Shown: positions 22,896 to 35,873, counted from the stretch's first letter. The stretch: DNA of 64,000 nt from Planktothrix sp. GU0601_MAG3 (GCA_035193785.1 CP136572.1:4372578-4436577), one strand, 5' to 3'. Numbers and translations are program-made. Notes: generated by a model from the letters alone, not told the origin.

Positions 22896-24603
22896 TTATT
22901 TTCTTTTAGTATTAGCTTTTTTCTTGGCATCTTTAGCCGCCTTTTTAGCCGCTTTCTCTGCTTCTAATTTGGCTAACTGTGCCTGTTCTTTTTCCTCCGC
23001 TATTTTATCGAGATAATAGTGATAATCCCCTAAATAAACCCGAAACTCTCCATCCCGAATTTCGACGATTTTATTAGCAACTTTAGAGATAAAATACCGA
23101 TCATGGGAAACAATTAAAACTGTGCCATCGTAATGTTGGATGGCTTCCTCTAACATTTCTTTGGCGGGAATATCTAAATGGTTGGTGGGTTCATCTAAAA
23201 TTAAGCAATTTACAGGTTGTAGTAATAATTTTGCTAGGGCTAAACGGGCTTTTTCCCCTCCACTTAAAGCATTAACCTGTTTTAAAACCGTATCTCCACT
23301 AAATAAAAACCGTCCCAACAAAGTCCGAACTTCTTCATTTTTCCATTCGGGAACTTCATCATGGATAGTATCCATAACGGTCTTTTCTAAATCTAAGGCT
23401 TCCGCTTGATTCTGTTCAAAATATCCTGGAATAACGTTATGTTCTCCTAAACCAACCTTGCCCTCCGTTGCTTCTTCTAAACCCATAATTAAACGCAGTA
23501 GGGTAGATTTTCCGCAACCATTCGGCCCTAAAAAGGCAATGCGATCGCCCCTTTCTACTAATAAATCCGTCCCTAAAAATAAAACTTTATTATCATAGAA
23601 ATGGGTCAAATCTTGAATATTTACCACTTCTCGACCACTTCGCACCGAAGCCGGAAATCGAAATCTTAGGGTCGGAGAAGAAGAACTGGGGGCTTCAATT
23701 CGTTCTATTTTATCCAGTTGTTTTTCTCGGCTTTTAGCTTGGGTACTGCGGGTGGCACTAGCCCGAAATCTTTCGACAAAAGCCTGTTGTTTTTCTAACT
23801 CTTTTTGCTGCCGATCATAGGCACTTAATTGAGCTAATTCCGCATCTTCTTTTTGTTGTAAATAAGCCGAATAATTCCCTAAATAGGTTTTAGAAACCCC
23901 CTGTTCTGTTTCCACAATTTGGGTACAGAGACGATCTAAAAATTCTCGGTCATGGGAAACAATCACCATCGGTGTTGTTAAGCCTTTGAGATAAACTTCT
24001 AACCATTCAATGGTTTCTAAATCTAAATGGTTAGTCGGTTCATCTAATAATAATAAATCCGGTTCTTGGAGTAAAATTTTACCTAAACTCATACGCATTT
24101 GCCAACCGCCACTAAAGGCACTGACTAAGCGATCGCCATCTTCCGACTCAAACCCCATTTCCGGTAAGATTTTCTCAATTTGAGACTCTAAGGTATACCC
24201 GCCAATGGCTTCAAAATCCCGATGTAGACGATCTAATTTTTTGATTAATTGATCTAACTCCTCTGGACTGGCGGTTTGCATTTCATGTTGTACCTCGGTC
24301 AAGGATTCTTGGATTTGATTAGCTGCTTTAAATACCGTCCAAAATTCCTCCCGCACCGTATGGGTAGGGTTAACTTCAAATTCTTGGGTTAAATAGGCAA
24401 TTTTCAAACTGGCTGGACGAATAATTTCCCCCGAAGTCGGTTTCCATTTCTCCGGCGATAATTTTTAATTGCGTTGATTTTCCCGCCCCATTTACCCCGA
24501 CCAAACCGACGCGATCGCCTGGTTTAACTTCCCAATTCACATCTTTCAGAACTAAACCCGTAGAATAAATTTTACTGATATGCTCAAGCCGTAACATTGC
24601 CAT
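22896..24603 (-). CDS. ABC-F family ATPase (frameshift at 24440)
   Basis: Two NBDs ('GVNGAGKST'/'FSGGWQMR' and 'GPNGCGKST'/'LSGGEKAR'), 'LDEPTNHLD' twice, no TM segments. Confidence 0.9.
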
Positions 24604-24716
24604 TCTCCTTTTAGAATAAAATGAATATTGTCTTAATCAATTGCAATAAATTTAACGATTTCTAACTGGATTGACTCTAATTTTTCAGAATAAATTTTAA
24701 GTCAAAAAACATTCTT

Positions 24717-25145
24717 TTAACCGATTGAGTTTTTGCTTTGATTTGTACCTTCCTGTGATGCTTTATAGATTTCTACCGCCCTATTAATAATAGTTTGAAA
24801 ATCTTTAGGCTCCCAAGGTTTGGTAATACACTTGAAAATATCAGCCGCCGCCAGGGTTGCAGAATCCACATCTAAAGCATCTTCAGAATAACCCGTGAGC
24901 AGAATCCTAATGGTATCAGGAAAAAGCTGGGCGACTCGCCTGAAAAACTCAATCCCAGTCATTTGGGGCATACTTTGGTCAGAAATAATCACCGCCATTT
25001 CACCTTCGGTGTCGAGAATATCCATCGCCCCCGAAGGACTATCGGCTCTAAATACCTGAAATTCCCGTCGGAATGTCCGATAGAGCAGATCGAGATTCTC
25101 TGGCTCATCATCAACCACCATGAGTTTCAGTTTGCTTCCAGGCAT
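24717..25145 (-). CDS. Single-domain response regulator
   Basis: 'VVDDE', 'IISDQSMP', 'LLTG', 'TKPW'. Confidence 0.85.
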   Translation of the reverse strand: MPGSKLKLMVVDDEPENLDLLYRTFRREFQVFRADSPSGAMDILDTEGEMAVIISDQSMPQMTGIEFFRRVAQLFPDTIRILLTGYSEDALDVDSATLAAADIFKCITKPWEPKDFQTIINRAVEIYKASQEGTNQSKNSIG

Positions 25146-25271
25146 ACTTTTATCTCTGATAAAAACCTATTTATAAAAAAGGCGAGACTCCCAAGAGTTC
25201 TCGCACTTCCAGCATCCAGGGCTTAGTCAATTAGTGAAATAATCACAATATCAAAGCCAAAACTCTTTCAA

Positions 25272-26382
<1,111 letters not shown>

Positions 26383-26604
26383 AATCTCAGTTGTCCTTTG
26401 TCGGTTCCGCAGAGACCTGCCATGGCACATCTCTACTCAGAAATTCAAGATTTATTTAGCCATCGGTGGTTATCTAAATCTGATTGAGGGTCTTGATGGA
26501 ATGAATTCGATTTGAAATCAACCCCGTTTGCCCCAGGATTTGAAACGGTCAGTTGTCTGTAGGGTTCACGACAGACAACTAACGATGGACAAACGACAAC
26601 TTTG

Positions 26605-26832
26605 CTATTTCTGGGATTGCTTATCGTCGGTCATACCGTATTTCCGCAGGAAGCGCTCGACTCGTCCTTCTGTGTCTAGGATTTTTTGATTTCCGGTATA
26701 GAAGGGATGATTTCCCGACCACACATCAACATTAAGTCGAGGCTGGGTGGAACCAACGGTGGTGACTAATACACCGTTACAATAGACTTCGGCTTCTGGA
26801 TACCATTCAGGGTGAATACCAGGTTTAGGCAT
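26605..26832 (-). CDS. rpmE: 50S ribosomal protein L31
   Basis: 'IHPEWY...DVWSGNHPFYTG...EGRVERF'. Confidence 0.95.
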   Translation of the reverse strand: MPKPGIHPEWYPEAEVYCNGVLVTTVGSTQPRLNVDVWSGNHPFYTGNQKILDTEGRVERFLRKYGMTDDKQSQK

Positions 26833-26874
26833 GGTTTTGACGTTCTAAATTTTACGAGTTGTTAACTAACAATT

Positions 26875-27165
26875 GTGAACTACCCACACTGACTTGAAGT
26901 ACCAAGTACAGTGTCGGCTTCTGTACTCACAGGCGAATGCCTCAAGACAGACTTGTGTCCCCCTTTTGGTCTGACATCCCCTCCTACAGCAGAAACGGCT
27001 GCACCATCCGTTTTTAGCATTCTGATGCCTTCTATTCTAATTTCGTTACATATTACTACATAATACTGAAAAAAGATGGAGTCAACTCCTTACCTACGTT
27101 AACTTACACCGCCTCTGTTCTCACCGCTAACCTGGGTACAGGTAGAGCGGTGGACTTCCCTGTGG
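26875..27165 (-). mobile_element. Internally deleted IS605/IS891-like element retaining the left end and the TnpB 3' end/omegaRNA
   Basis: The minus strand encodes a TnpB-like C-terminus RIEGIRMLKTDGAAVSAVGGDVRPKGGHKSVLRHSPVSTEADTVLGTSSQCG* and ends in a hairpin plus GTAGTTCAC. TTAC and a caccgct...agcggtg hairpin mark the other end. Confidence 0.72.
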
Positions 27166-27171
27166 TGTAAG

Positions 27172-27586
27172 TTAACGTTTGGAGTATTGAGGAGCCTTAC
27201 GCGCTTTGCGTAAACCATATTTTTTCCGCTCCGTAGCCCGGGGGTCACGGGTTAAGTACCCTTCGGTTTTCAGGGGTTTGCGGTGATCTGGGTTAAGTTC
27301 ACATAAGGCACGGGCCACTCCTAAACGGATGGACTCGGCTTGACCGGTTAAACCACCACCACTGGCATTGACCAAAATATCATAGTCATTTTCCAGGCCC
27401 AGGGTTTCTAAGGGAGACTTAGCCGCGACTAAATAGCCCTGGTTGTATTGCAGGTACAAATCCCCATCTTTACCATTAATGGTTAATTTGCCCGTACCCG
27501 GAACGAGGCGAACTCTTGCTACGGAAGACTTCCGACGGCCAGTTTCCCCAGTAAACGGCGCGTGTTGAATTATCAGTTGCTTGCAT
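27172..27586 (-). CDS. rpsI: 30S ribosomal protein S9 (frameshift at 27542)
   Basis: 'GGGLTGQA', '[24 protein letters not shown]'. Confidence 0.95.
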
Positions 27587-28044
27587 TAATTATCTCCTGT
27601 TGGAATAGTATTGATGGTTAAGGTTTCGGGTTGTTGAGCTTGATGGGGATGATCTGGCCCTGCATAAACTTTGAGTTTAGTAAACAGGTTGCGTCCTAAA
27701 GCATTTTTGGGTAACATCCCCTTAATCGCCTGCTCAATAATTCTTTCTGGGATGCGGGCTTGCAATTTTTCAAAGGTTTCGGTCTTCATCCCACCCGGTC
27801 TACCGGAGTGACGACGATATAGTTTTTGACTGCGTTTTTTACCCGTAACTTCAATTTTTTCCGCATTTACAATAATTACAAAGTCACCCGTGTCCATGTG
27901 GGGGGTGTAAATGGGTTTATTTTTGCCCCGAATAATTCGGGCAACTTCCGTGGCTAAACGACCCAAACGTTGGTCAGCCGCATCGACAACATACCATTTT
28001 GGCTCTAGGGAAGCTTCTGAAGGTAGGAAGGTTTTTGTGCTCAT
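27586..28044 (-). CDS. rplM: 50S ribosomal protein L13
   Basis: 'WYVVDA..RLGRLA', 'TPHMDTGD', 'GPDHPHQAQ'. Confidence 0.97.
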   Translation of the reverse strand: MSTKTFLPSEASLEPKWYVVDAADQRLGRLATEVARIIRGKNKPIYTPHMDTGDFVIIVNAEKIEVTGKKRSQKLYRRHSGRPGGMKTETFEKLQARIPERIIEQAIKGMLPKNALGRNLFTKLKVYAGPDHPHQAQQPETLTINTIPTGDN

Positions 28045-28117
28045 TCTTGATTGTCCTTAAATTTAAGAATAAATGGAGTGTTAGCCTTTGATGGATTAAA
28101 CTTTACTCGGTTTACGA

Positions 28118-28924
28118 TCAACCAATGACAAGTTTGGGAAAGGTGTCAAACCAAATGTCAGGCTCAAAGGGAAACTCTGGATAACCGACTCGCAACAGGC
28201 AAAGTCCTTGGGCGGGCGCTGCATATTTAACGAGTTCTCGGCGTTCCTGAACCCAGATGTCCCGAAACTCCTCTAGGGATCGTTCCCCGTTTCCCACCTG
28301 TACCAGTAACCCGACTAACAACCTCATCATCCCGTATAGAAAGCCACTGGCTTGTACTTCGATATGGATGAAGGGATTTTGGCGTTGACAACTGACAAAC
28401 TGTAAGTCTACCCAAGCGTGGGGCCGAGAGGTGCCACTCCTTTGAAACGCCGATAGGTGGTGATATCCCACTAACTGTTCCAGGGCGGCTTGGATTAACT
28501 GTTCATCTAAAGGGTGATGATAGTAATGCCAACTGAAAGGCCGGACAAATAGGTTGGGTCGAGCATCTGTATAGAGGGTGTACCGATATCGACGCCATTT
28601 TGCCGAAAACCTAGCGTGCCAGGAGCTAGGAACAGAGGCAGATGCCCGAATCAACACATCCTCCGATAAACGGTTATTGAGAATGGTCGCCCAGCGATAG
28701 TCAGGAATATAGCTAGGGGCATTAAAATGAGCCACTTGTGCTGCTGCATGAACTCCCGTATCGGTGCGACCCGCCGCGTGGAGTGTCACTGGAGCTTGAG
28801 TTACCGTTGCAATCGCGGTTTCAATTTCCTCCTGTACCGTCCGTTGATTCGGTTGTCGCTGCCAACCTTGAAAGTGAGTTCCCTGATACTGAATCACTAA
28901 AGCAATACGCTGTTGATCCATCAC
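28118..28924 (-). CDS. truA: tRNA pseudouridine(38-40) synthase
   Basis: 'YQGTHFQGWQRQ', 'AGRTDTGVHA', 'FLYGMMR', 'APAQGL'. Confidence 0.95.
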   Translation of the reverse strand: MMDQQRIALVIQYQGTHFQGWQRQPNQRTVQEEIETAIATVTQAPVTLHAAGRTDTGVHAAAQVAHFNAPSYIPDYRWATILNNRLSEDVLIRASASVPSSWHARFSAKWRRYRYTLYTDARPNLFVRPFSWHYYHHPLDEQLIQAALEQLVGYHHLSAFQRSGTSRPHAWVDLQFVSCQRQNPFIHIEVQASGFLYGMMRLLVGLLVQVGNGERSLEEFRDIWVQERRELVKYAAPAQGLCLLRVGYPEFPFEPDIWFDTFPKLVIG

Positions 28925-28934
28925 ATAAATCAGT

Positions 28935-29106
28935 TTTCAGTAAACAGTTATCAGTTATCAGTTAAGGAGTTATTAGTTATTAGTTAAGAAGTTATCAGTC
29001 ATCAGGTAAGAATTAAAAATAGCTCATTAACTCTTAACTCACGCACTGATAACTGTTTACTGTTAACTCCTACACTGATAACTGTTTACTGTTAACTGAT
29101 AACTAA
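28935..29106. repeat. Heptamer tandem repeats (TTATCAG/CTGATAA type) arranged as inverted clusters; similar blocks at 29490-29650, 34575-34700, 39075-39220, 41160-41285, 42525-42560, 47340-47460 and 49210-49400
   Basis: Runs of ttatcag, ttaacag, ctgataa and ctgttta in intergenic spaces. Confidence 0.8.
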
Positions 29107-29457
29107 TTACACCAATTCAATAATTGCCATTTCGGCATTATCTCCCCGGCGGCTTACAGTTCTAACAATTCGGGTGTAACCCCCATTGCGAGAGCCATAC
29201 CGTGATGGCGCCGCATCAAATAACGAATGAACCAGTTGTTTATCATAGATATACCCCATGGCTTGGCGACGAGCCGATAAGGAGCCGTCTTTGGCCAGGG
29301 TAATCATTTTTTCTGCTTCCGATTGTACCGCTTTGGCTCTAACTTTAGTGGTGGTGATTCGGCCATGGCGAATCAGTTCTGTAGCCAGCGATCGCAGCAA
29401 TGCTTTTCGCTGGTCAGCAGGTTTGCCTAATTGGGGAACACGACAACGATGACGCAT
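29107..29457 (-). CDS. rplQ: 50S ribosomal protein L17
   Basis: 'MRHR...RITTTK.RAK', 'RNGGYTRI', '[14 protein letters not shown]'. Confidence 0.97.
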   Translation of the reverse strand: MRHRCRVPQLGKPADQRKALLRSLATELIRHGRITTTKVRAKAVQSEAEKMITLAKDGSLSARRQAMGYIYDKQLVHSLFDAAPSRYGSRNGGYTRIVRTVSRRGDNAEMAIIELV

Positions 29458-29649
29458 AATTACCTTCAGAGAGAAAATGATTGAGTGGTTTTATCAGTTA
29501 TCAGTTAACAGTTAACAGTTATCAGTTTAGGAGTTAATAGTAAACAGTTATCAGTGTAGGAGTTAATAGCAAACAGTTATTTTTAAATCCTTACCTGATT
29601 ATTGATAACTGAATTACTGAATTACTGATTACTGATAACTGATTACTAA

Positions 29650-30609
29650 CTACTGATTACTAGCTACTGATTTAGATGCCCTTTCTTGAGGCAGTGTAAT
29701 TCCTAGGCGTTTTTGTAACGCCTCGATGACCTCCTCCGCAGACTTCTGACCGAAATTTTTAATTTCTAATAGGTCTTCTTGAGTATAATCTCGTAAGTCT
29801 GCGACCGAGTTAATTTGAGCACGTTTGAGACAGTTATAAGCCCGAACCGATAACTGTAGTTCTTCAATCGGGATTTGACTGGTTGGATCAACATCATTGT
29901 TTTGGTCACTTTTAATTGATTCCAAAGTGATGTCTTTCAACGGAGTGAACAAGTCCACCAGAATGGTCGCGGATTGGCTGATGGCTTCCTGGGGTGTTAA
30001 ACTCCCATTTGTCCAAATCTCCATGATCAGGCGGTCTTTTTCTAAAGTTCCGCCCACCCGTGCATCCTCAACGGTGTAATTCACTTTCCGTACTGGCATG
30101 AACACGGCATCAATTTGGAGAAAATCCAAAGCAATTGCCTCATCCCGATTGCGTTCAACGGCGCGATACCCAGTCCCCTTATCAACTTGGACTTCCATTT
30201 CCAAGGTTGATCCTGGGGATAGGGTAGCGATATATTGGTTTTTGTCTACGACCTCAACTTCTGAAGGCAGCTTAAAATGACCCGCCGTTACCGTAGCTGG
30301 ACCTTGAACTTCTAAGCGACCAATTTGCTTTTGGTGGGTATAGCTTTTGAGTACAACTTCTTTCAGGTTCAGCAAAATCTCTAAAACATCTTCCCTAACC
30401 CCTCGAATCGTTGCAAACTCATGATTAACATTGGCAAACCTTGCCGATGTAATCGCCGTTCCTTCTAAGTTCGAGAGTAAAACCCGTCTTAGAGCATTAC
30501 CAACCGTTGTCCCTTGACCCCGTTCTAACGGTTCTAAGACGAATTTTCCGTACTGACTCCGGTCTGTATCAGTGTTCGATTCAATACACTCAATCTTAAA
30601 CTGCGCCAC
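29650..30609 (-). CDS. rpoA: RNA polymerase alpha subunit (GTG start at 30609)
   Basis: 'EPLERGQGTTVGNALRRVLL', 'LSVRAYNCLKR', 'NFGQKS'. Confidence 0.97.
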   Translation of the reverse strand: MAQFKIECIESNTDTDRSQYGKFVLEPLERGQGTTVGNALRRVLLSNLEGTAITSARFANVNHEFATIRGVREDVLEILLNLKEVVLKSYTHQKQIGRLEVQGPATVTAGHFKLPSEVEVVDKNQYIATLSPGSTLEMEVQVDKGTGYRAVERNRDEAIALDFLQIDAVFMPVRKVNYTVEDARVGGTLEKDRLIMEIWTNGSLTPQEAISQSATILVDLFTPLKDITLESIKSDQNNDVDPTSQIPIEELQLSVRAYNCLKRAQINSVADLRDYTQEDLLEIKNFGQKSAEEVIEALQKRLGITLPQERASKSVASNQ

Positions 30610-30744
30610 CGATGGACCTCCCTTCTCCATTGAACCCCAAAATGAATTGACAGTATAAGGCAAAGAATGAAACTAAACTTGAGTATTCATTCTTCCTAGA
30701 CAAGACACTAACTTCCACGTCTGTAACGCTATCAAAAGCTGTAG

Positions 30745-31137
30745 TTAAACGCGACGTCGTTTGGGAGGACGGCAACCATTATGGGGAATTGGAGTAATGT
30801 CTCGAATCAAGGTGATTTCTAAACCAGCCCCTTGCAGGGCTCGAATTGCAGTTTCTCTACCTGCACCTGGCCCGCTGACCATCACTTCAATCTGACGCAT
30901 TCCTTGATCATTGGCTCGGCGTCCCGCGTTTTCCGCGGCGGTTTGGGCAGCAAAGGGAGTCCCTTTTTTTGCCCCTTTAAACCCCGTAGACCCCGCAGAA
31001 GCCCAAGAAATGACTTCCCCATTCGGATCGGTAATCGTTACAATCGTGTTGTTGAAGGTGGATTGAATGTAGGCCAACCCATTCGGGACATTACGTTTTT
31101 GCTTTTTCGGCCCTGTTTTTTTCGTTTGTCGCGCCAT
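30745..31137 (-). CDS. rpsK: 30S ribosomal protein S11
   Basis: 'STFNNTI', 'TPFAAQ', '[15 protein letters not shown]'. Confidence 0.97.
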   Translation of the reverse strand: MARQTKKTGPKKQKRNVPNGLAYIQSTFNNTIVTITDPNGEVISWASAGSTGFKGAKKGTPFAAQTAAENAGRRANDQGMRQIEVMVSGPGAGRETAIRALQGAGLEITLIRDITPIPHNGCRPPKRRRV

Positions 31138-31226
31138 AGTAATCTCGTTTACGATTTTCTTTGCGGTGAGTTGAGGAAACCTGCGGTTAGTTCAACCAGC
31201 AGTTCTTGTAAGTTGAAGCGTCTGGC

Positions 31227-31613
31227 TTAATTATTTCTTAGCTGCCGCTTTTTTCTTACCAGCAACGGTACGGCGAACACCCCGACGGGTTTTCTAGCGT
31301 TCGTCCGAGTGCGTTGACCCCGCACAGGTAGACCTAAACGGTGGCGACGACCCCGATAGGTGCCGATATCCATGAGGCGCTTAATGTTCATCGCCTCCAC
31401 CCGTCGCAGATCTCCTTCTACCTGATACAGTTGGATGGCCGCCCGTAGGGCTGCCACATCGGCATCATTTAGATCTTTAATCCGGGTATCAGGATTAACA
31501 CCCGAGTCTTTGAGAATTTGTTGAGACCGCGAAAGTCCAATTCCATAAATGTAAGTCAGACCAATTTCAACACGTTTATCTCGTGGAAGGTCTACTCCGG
31601 CTATCCGTGCCAC
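31227..31613 (-). CDS. rpsM: 30S ribosomal protein S13 (2-base insertion at 31289 near the C-terminus)
   Basis: '[10 protein letters not shown]', '[13 protein letters not shown]'. Confidence 0.95.
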   Translation of the reverse strand: MARIAGVDLPRDKRVEIGLTYIYGIGLSRSQQILKDSGVNPDTRIKDLNDADVAALRAAIQLYQVEGDLRRVEAMNIKRLMDIGTYRGRRHRLGLPVRGQRTRTNARKPVGVFAVPLLVRKKRQLRNN

Positions 31614-31926
31614 AATGAACGTCTCCCTTTAAAATGTAACTAACGACAATGCCTAAATCATGCAGTAAAATGATAGGCAATTAATTGATTCCCAATTTGC
31701 TGAATGGCCCGAGGCTACGCACGCAGGTTGAAGCTACTGTACTGATTTCAACTGCACATTCTTTCCCTTGATCTGGGAAGGAATGGGATTGTATACTCTT
31801 GAGACTTAACAAGGGTTGAGACCTGTGCAAGTAAGGGCTTGAATCACAGAATTTTAATTGGTAAGCGTCTGTTTTTCGGTGTTTCAGCAAGACTCATAAT
31901 CCGTCCTCAGTGGACGACCTAGGGTG

Positions 31927-32040
31927 TTAACCTTGGCGCTGCTTATGCTTGGGATTAGAACAAATCACCATTACCCGTCCGCGACGGCGGATAACACGAC
32001 ACTTTTCACAAATTTTGCGGACTGATGCTCGAACTTTCAT
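31927..32040 (-). CDS. rpmJ: 50S ribosomal protein L36 (absent from the ORF track)
   Basis: Translates as [37 protein letters not shown]. Confidence 0.97.
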   Translation of the reverse strand: MKVRASVRKICEKCRVIRRRGRVMVICSNPKHKQRQG

Positions 32041-32143
32041 GCCAATTAGAGCGACGCTACAACAAATTTATTATTATATCACTGAAAGCTGATTTTTATC
32101 TAGTCTAACCCTTAACCTTTGGGATAAGGGGTAAGATTTCCAT

Positions 32144-32368
32144 CTATTTTTTGCGTAAACGATAGGTGATCCTGCCTTTGGTCAAGTCATAGGGGGTTAA
32201 TTCCACTTTGACTCTATCTCCAGGTAAAATCTTAATGTAATTCCTACGGATTTTTCCCGAGATGTGGGCCAAGACATTAAATCCATTATCCAGGTCTACG
32301 CGAAACATAGCATTTGGAAGGGATTCAGTGACTGTCCCTTCCATTTCAATCAGATCCTGTTTAGCCAA
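32144..32368 (-). CDS. infA: Translation initiation factor IF-1
   Basis: 'LPNAMFRV', 'AHISGKIR', 'GRITYR'. Confidence 0.97.
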   Translation of the reverse strand: MAKQDLIEMEGTVTESLPNAMFRVDLDNGFNVLAHISGKIRRNYIKILPGDRVKVELTPYDLTKGRITYRLRKK

Positions 32369-32682
32369 GTTGTTTTTACCTCAATTCAACAATCCATCCC
32401 GTCGATCAACAAATGACCGAGATTTGCTCATCTGATGACATTCAGAAATCCGAGTTTAAACGTATTTCTTAACATATTTTATCAAAAATCGGAGCGTAAT
32501 CTCTGTTTTTTGTCAATCTCTTAGCTTTAATTTTCATTAAAACCCAAGGCAAAACCGGAGGTGAGGGCCAGAAAATTGACTGTATTTGCAGTAATAAATT
32601 CAGCCCAATCACTTTCAAATTAGCACTTGTAGCCTTGTTGATTCCTAAAAGGGGTTGCAACTTGACCGACCCAGAATTTTTA

Positions 32683-33252
32683 CTAAGCAGAAACAACCTG
32701 TTTCAACTCTTGAGTAATCTCATCCATGGAACGGTTGCCATTGATAGATTGGAGTTGATTGCGATCAAGATAGTAATTAATTAAGGGAGCCGTTTGTTCC
32801 CGATACACTTGTAAACGGTGACGAATAACTTCCTCTTGGTCATCCTGACGTCCTCTGGCTAACAATCGTTCTACCAGAATCTGATCAGGAACATCCAGGT
32901 TAATCACCTTCAGATCGACCGTGCTGTTTTTAGCTTCCCCGTCAACTTTCAGGACAAGGGCTGCGATAAAATCAGCCTGAGAAATATTTCGAGGAAACCC
33001 ATCCAAAATCCAACCGTTCAGAGCATCGGACTCCTCAAGACGATGTTCCACCATATCCAAAATCAATTGATCGGGGACTAATTCGCCTTGATCCATATAG
33101 TCCTTAGCTTTTTGGCCCAGATCAGTTTCTTCACCGACATGGGTGCGTAAAATCTCACCCGTCGAGATATGGGGAACCCCAAAACTCGCAGCTATAATAG
33201 CTGCTTGAGTCCCTTTGCCTGCCCCTGGAGGGCCGAGAAAAATCAAACGCAC
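32683..33252 (-). CDS. adk: Adenylate kinase
   Basis: 'GPPGAGKGTQA', 'HISTG', 'LDGFPR'. Confidence 0.95.
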   Translation of the reverse strand: MRLIFLGPPGAGKGTQAAIIAASFGVPHISTGEILRTHVGEETDLGQKAKDYMDQGELVPDQLILDMVEHRLEESDALNGWILDGFPRNISQADFIAALVLKVDGEAKNSTVDLKVINLDVPDQILVERLLARGRQDDQEEVIRHRLQVYREQTAPLINYYLDRNQLQSINGNRSMDEITQELKQVVSA

Positions 33253-34560
33253 TATCGTTTCACCATCCCTTCATATCGTTGAGAAATCACATAGGTTTGC
33301 ACCTGTTTCGCCGTATCAATGGCTACACCCACCAAAATCAGGAGAGATGTGGCACCAAAGCCCCGAAAAGTCGGAACCCTTGTGGCGCTCTCAACGATCG
33401 TGGGGATAATGGCAACTAAACCTAAAAAGATCGCTCCTAAGAACGTCAATCGATTTAAAACCCGCTCAATATACTCACTGGTCGTGCGACCCGGACGAAT
33501 CCCCGGAACACTCGCCCCCATTTTCTTCAGGTTTCTGTGCCATATCTACGGGATTCATAATTAATGAAGCGTAGAAATAGCTAAAGAACACAATCAGTAC
33601 CAAATAGAAAGCCGCATACAGCCAGGGAGTTGATCCACTAGGAGTTAGAGCCGTTGCTATTTGAACCAGAACTGGATTGTTAGTAAATTGAGACAGAGAA
33701 GCGGGCAGAACCAAAACCGCCGAGGCGAAAATAATTGGCATCACACCCCCTTGATTTAATCGCAGAGGCAAATAGCTGGTTTTTTCTCGGTATAATTTTC
33801 GGCCCACTTGCCGACGGGCGGAAACAATCGGAATTCGACGAGTTCCCTCCTGAACAAAAACAATCCCAACGATCATCGCCAGGAAAACAATTAACAGGAG
33901 AATCACCCGACCGACAATGGCTTGATCTCCACTTTGGGCTAATTCTAGGGTCTGACCCAAAGAAGTTGGTAAAACTGCTACGATACCCAGAAAAATCAGT
34001 AAAGAAGCACCGTTACCAATCCCCCGTTCGGTAATTAGTTCCGAGAGCCACATCACAAACATTGATCCGGCTACCAGGGCTAGAACTACTTGAACTTGGA
34101 ATAGGGGGCCAGGGTTATTAGCAAAGGGATTAATCCAAATGGAGATCCCCACACTTTGTAACACAGCCCACCCCAGGGCCACATAGCGAGTAATTTGGGA
34201 AATCTTCCGGCGTCCGGCCTCTCCCTCATTTTTCTGTAGATCTTCCAGACTGGGCAAAGCCGCCGTCATCAATTGCATGATGATGGAGGCATTAATGTAG
34301 GGCAAAATCCCTAGGGCAAAAATTCCCAGCGCCGAAAGTCCACCCCCAGAAAATAAATCGAGGAATCCGATCACCGGATTATTTTGAATTGCCGCTCGGA
34401 AACTAGCCGTATCAATACCGGGAATCGGTAGAAACACGCCCACACGCACCAGGATCAGTAAGCCAATGGTGACTAGAATCCGACCTCTTAGACCAGCAGC
34501 TTGAGCCATCTGCAAGAAAGTTTCCTGTGCAGTTGGCGCCTTGTCTCGACTAACGACCAT
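33252..34560 (-). CDS. secY: Preprotein translocase SecY (frameshift at 33531)
   Basis: 'LGILPYINASII', 'GIGNGASLLI', 'GVMPIIFA', 'PGIRPG', 'GATSLLILVGV'. Confidence 0.96.
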
Positions 34561-34659
34561 GAAGGACTACCTCAATCAGTTATCAGTAATCAGTTATCAG
34601 TTATCAGTCATCAGTTATTCGTTAGGGGTTAACAGTTAATAGCCAACAACTATTAACTC

Positions 34660-35127
34660 TTACGCCGATAACTGTTTACTGTTGACCGATAACTGACAAG
34701 TCCCGCCTGCTGCTTCAATTTTGGTACGAGCACCTTGAGTAAATGCAGCCGCTTCTATCAGAAGGGCGACATTGAGTTCTCCATTCCCTAAAATTTTCAG
34801 AGGGCCACGACTTGCGGTAAGGAGTCCCGCTTCTAGTAGGTAAGCTAGAGTAACCTCTGTATTGGCAGACAGGGATGACAATTCACCTACATTAATCGTA
34901 GTGTACTGTTTCCGATTAACTTGAGGAAATCCCTTGAGTTTGGGAAGGCGTCGATACAGAGGGTTTTGACCGCCTTCAAAACCAGGGCGGGTGCTGTGAC
35001 CGGAACGGGAATTTTGCCCCCGCATCCCCTTACCACAGCTTGCACCTTGACCAGCAGAGATCCCACGACCTAGGCGACGTCCGCGTTTGCGAGAGCCTGG
35101 TTTGGGTATAGCATCGTTGAGTCTCAT
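34660..35127 (-). CDS. rplO: 50S ribosomal protein L15
   Basis: 'RLGRG', '[15 protein letters not shown]', 'KIEAAGG'. Confidence 0.96.
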   Translation of the reverse strand: MRLNDAIPKPGSRKRGRRLGRGISAGQGASCGKGMRGQNSRSGHSTRPGFEGGQNPLYRRLPKLKGFPQVNRKQYTTINVGELSSLSANTEVTLAYLLEAGLLTASRGPLKILGNGELNVALLIEAAAFTQGARTKIEAAGGTCQLSVNSKQLSA

Positions 35128-35166
35128 GATTGCTTATACTTGAACAGTTTCAGATGGACAACGGAA

Positions 35167-35710
35167 TTAAGCATAAAGATGCTCAATGGGAACTCCCCGC
35201 TCTTGGGCTACATCCGCGAGGGTGCGTAATGATTGCAAAGCGTCAATGGTGGCTCTGGCGTTATTCAGAGGATTACTGGAGCCGAGTTGTTTGGCTAAGA
35301 TATTCCGAACGCCCGCCAGTTCTAAAACGGTACGGACGGCTCCGCCAGCAATTACCCCCGTCCCAGGAGAAGCGGGACGCATCATCACTTTAGCTCCGCC
35401 TCCTCCGCCATTGATGGGATGGGGAATGGAATTGGATTTGGTTAAAGGAAACCTCGATCACGTTTTTGCGACCATCGGCAACGCCTTTTTTGACGGCTCC
35501 AATCACATCGGCGGCTTTACCGACACCGACACCTACTTGACCTTTTTCATTCCCGACGATGACTACAGCCCGAAAGCTAAGTTTTTTACCGCCCTTCACC
35601 ACCTTAGTGACACGACGGATTTGTACAACCCGTTCTTGCCACTCGACTTCTTTTTCTTTGGTGCGGCTACCTTTTTTGTTGTTGCGCCGCTGTTGCTGCT
35701 GCTCTGCCAT
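35167..35710 (-). CDS. rpsE: 30S ribosomal protein S5 (frameshift at 35448)
   Basis: '[10 protein letters not shown]', '[12 protein letters not shown]', 'GSSNPLN'. Confidence 0.96.
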
Positions 35711-35873
35711 AGTTTTAATATTCTGAACAACGTTGATTTCAGTAGGGGCCAGGTCTCCTCGCCCTATCAGTCATCAGTAATCAGTAATCATTTAGGTTGT
35801 TGTCGTCATTCATGGTTGATTAACAATAACTTCTATTTTATTTGATTGACTGTTTACTGTTTACTGCTTACTA

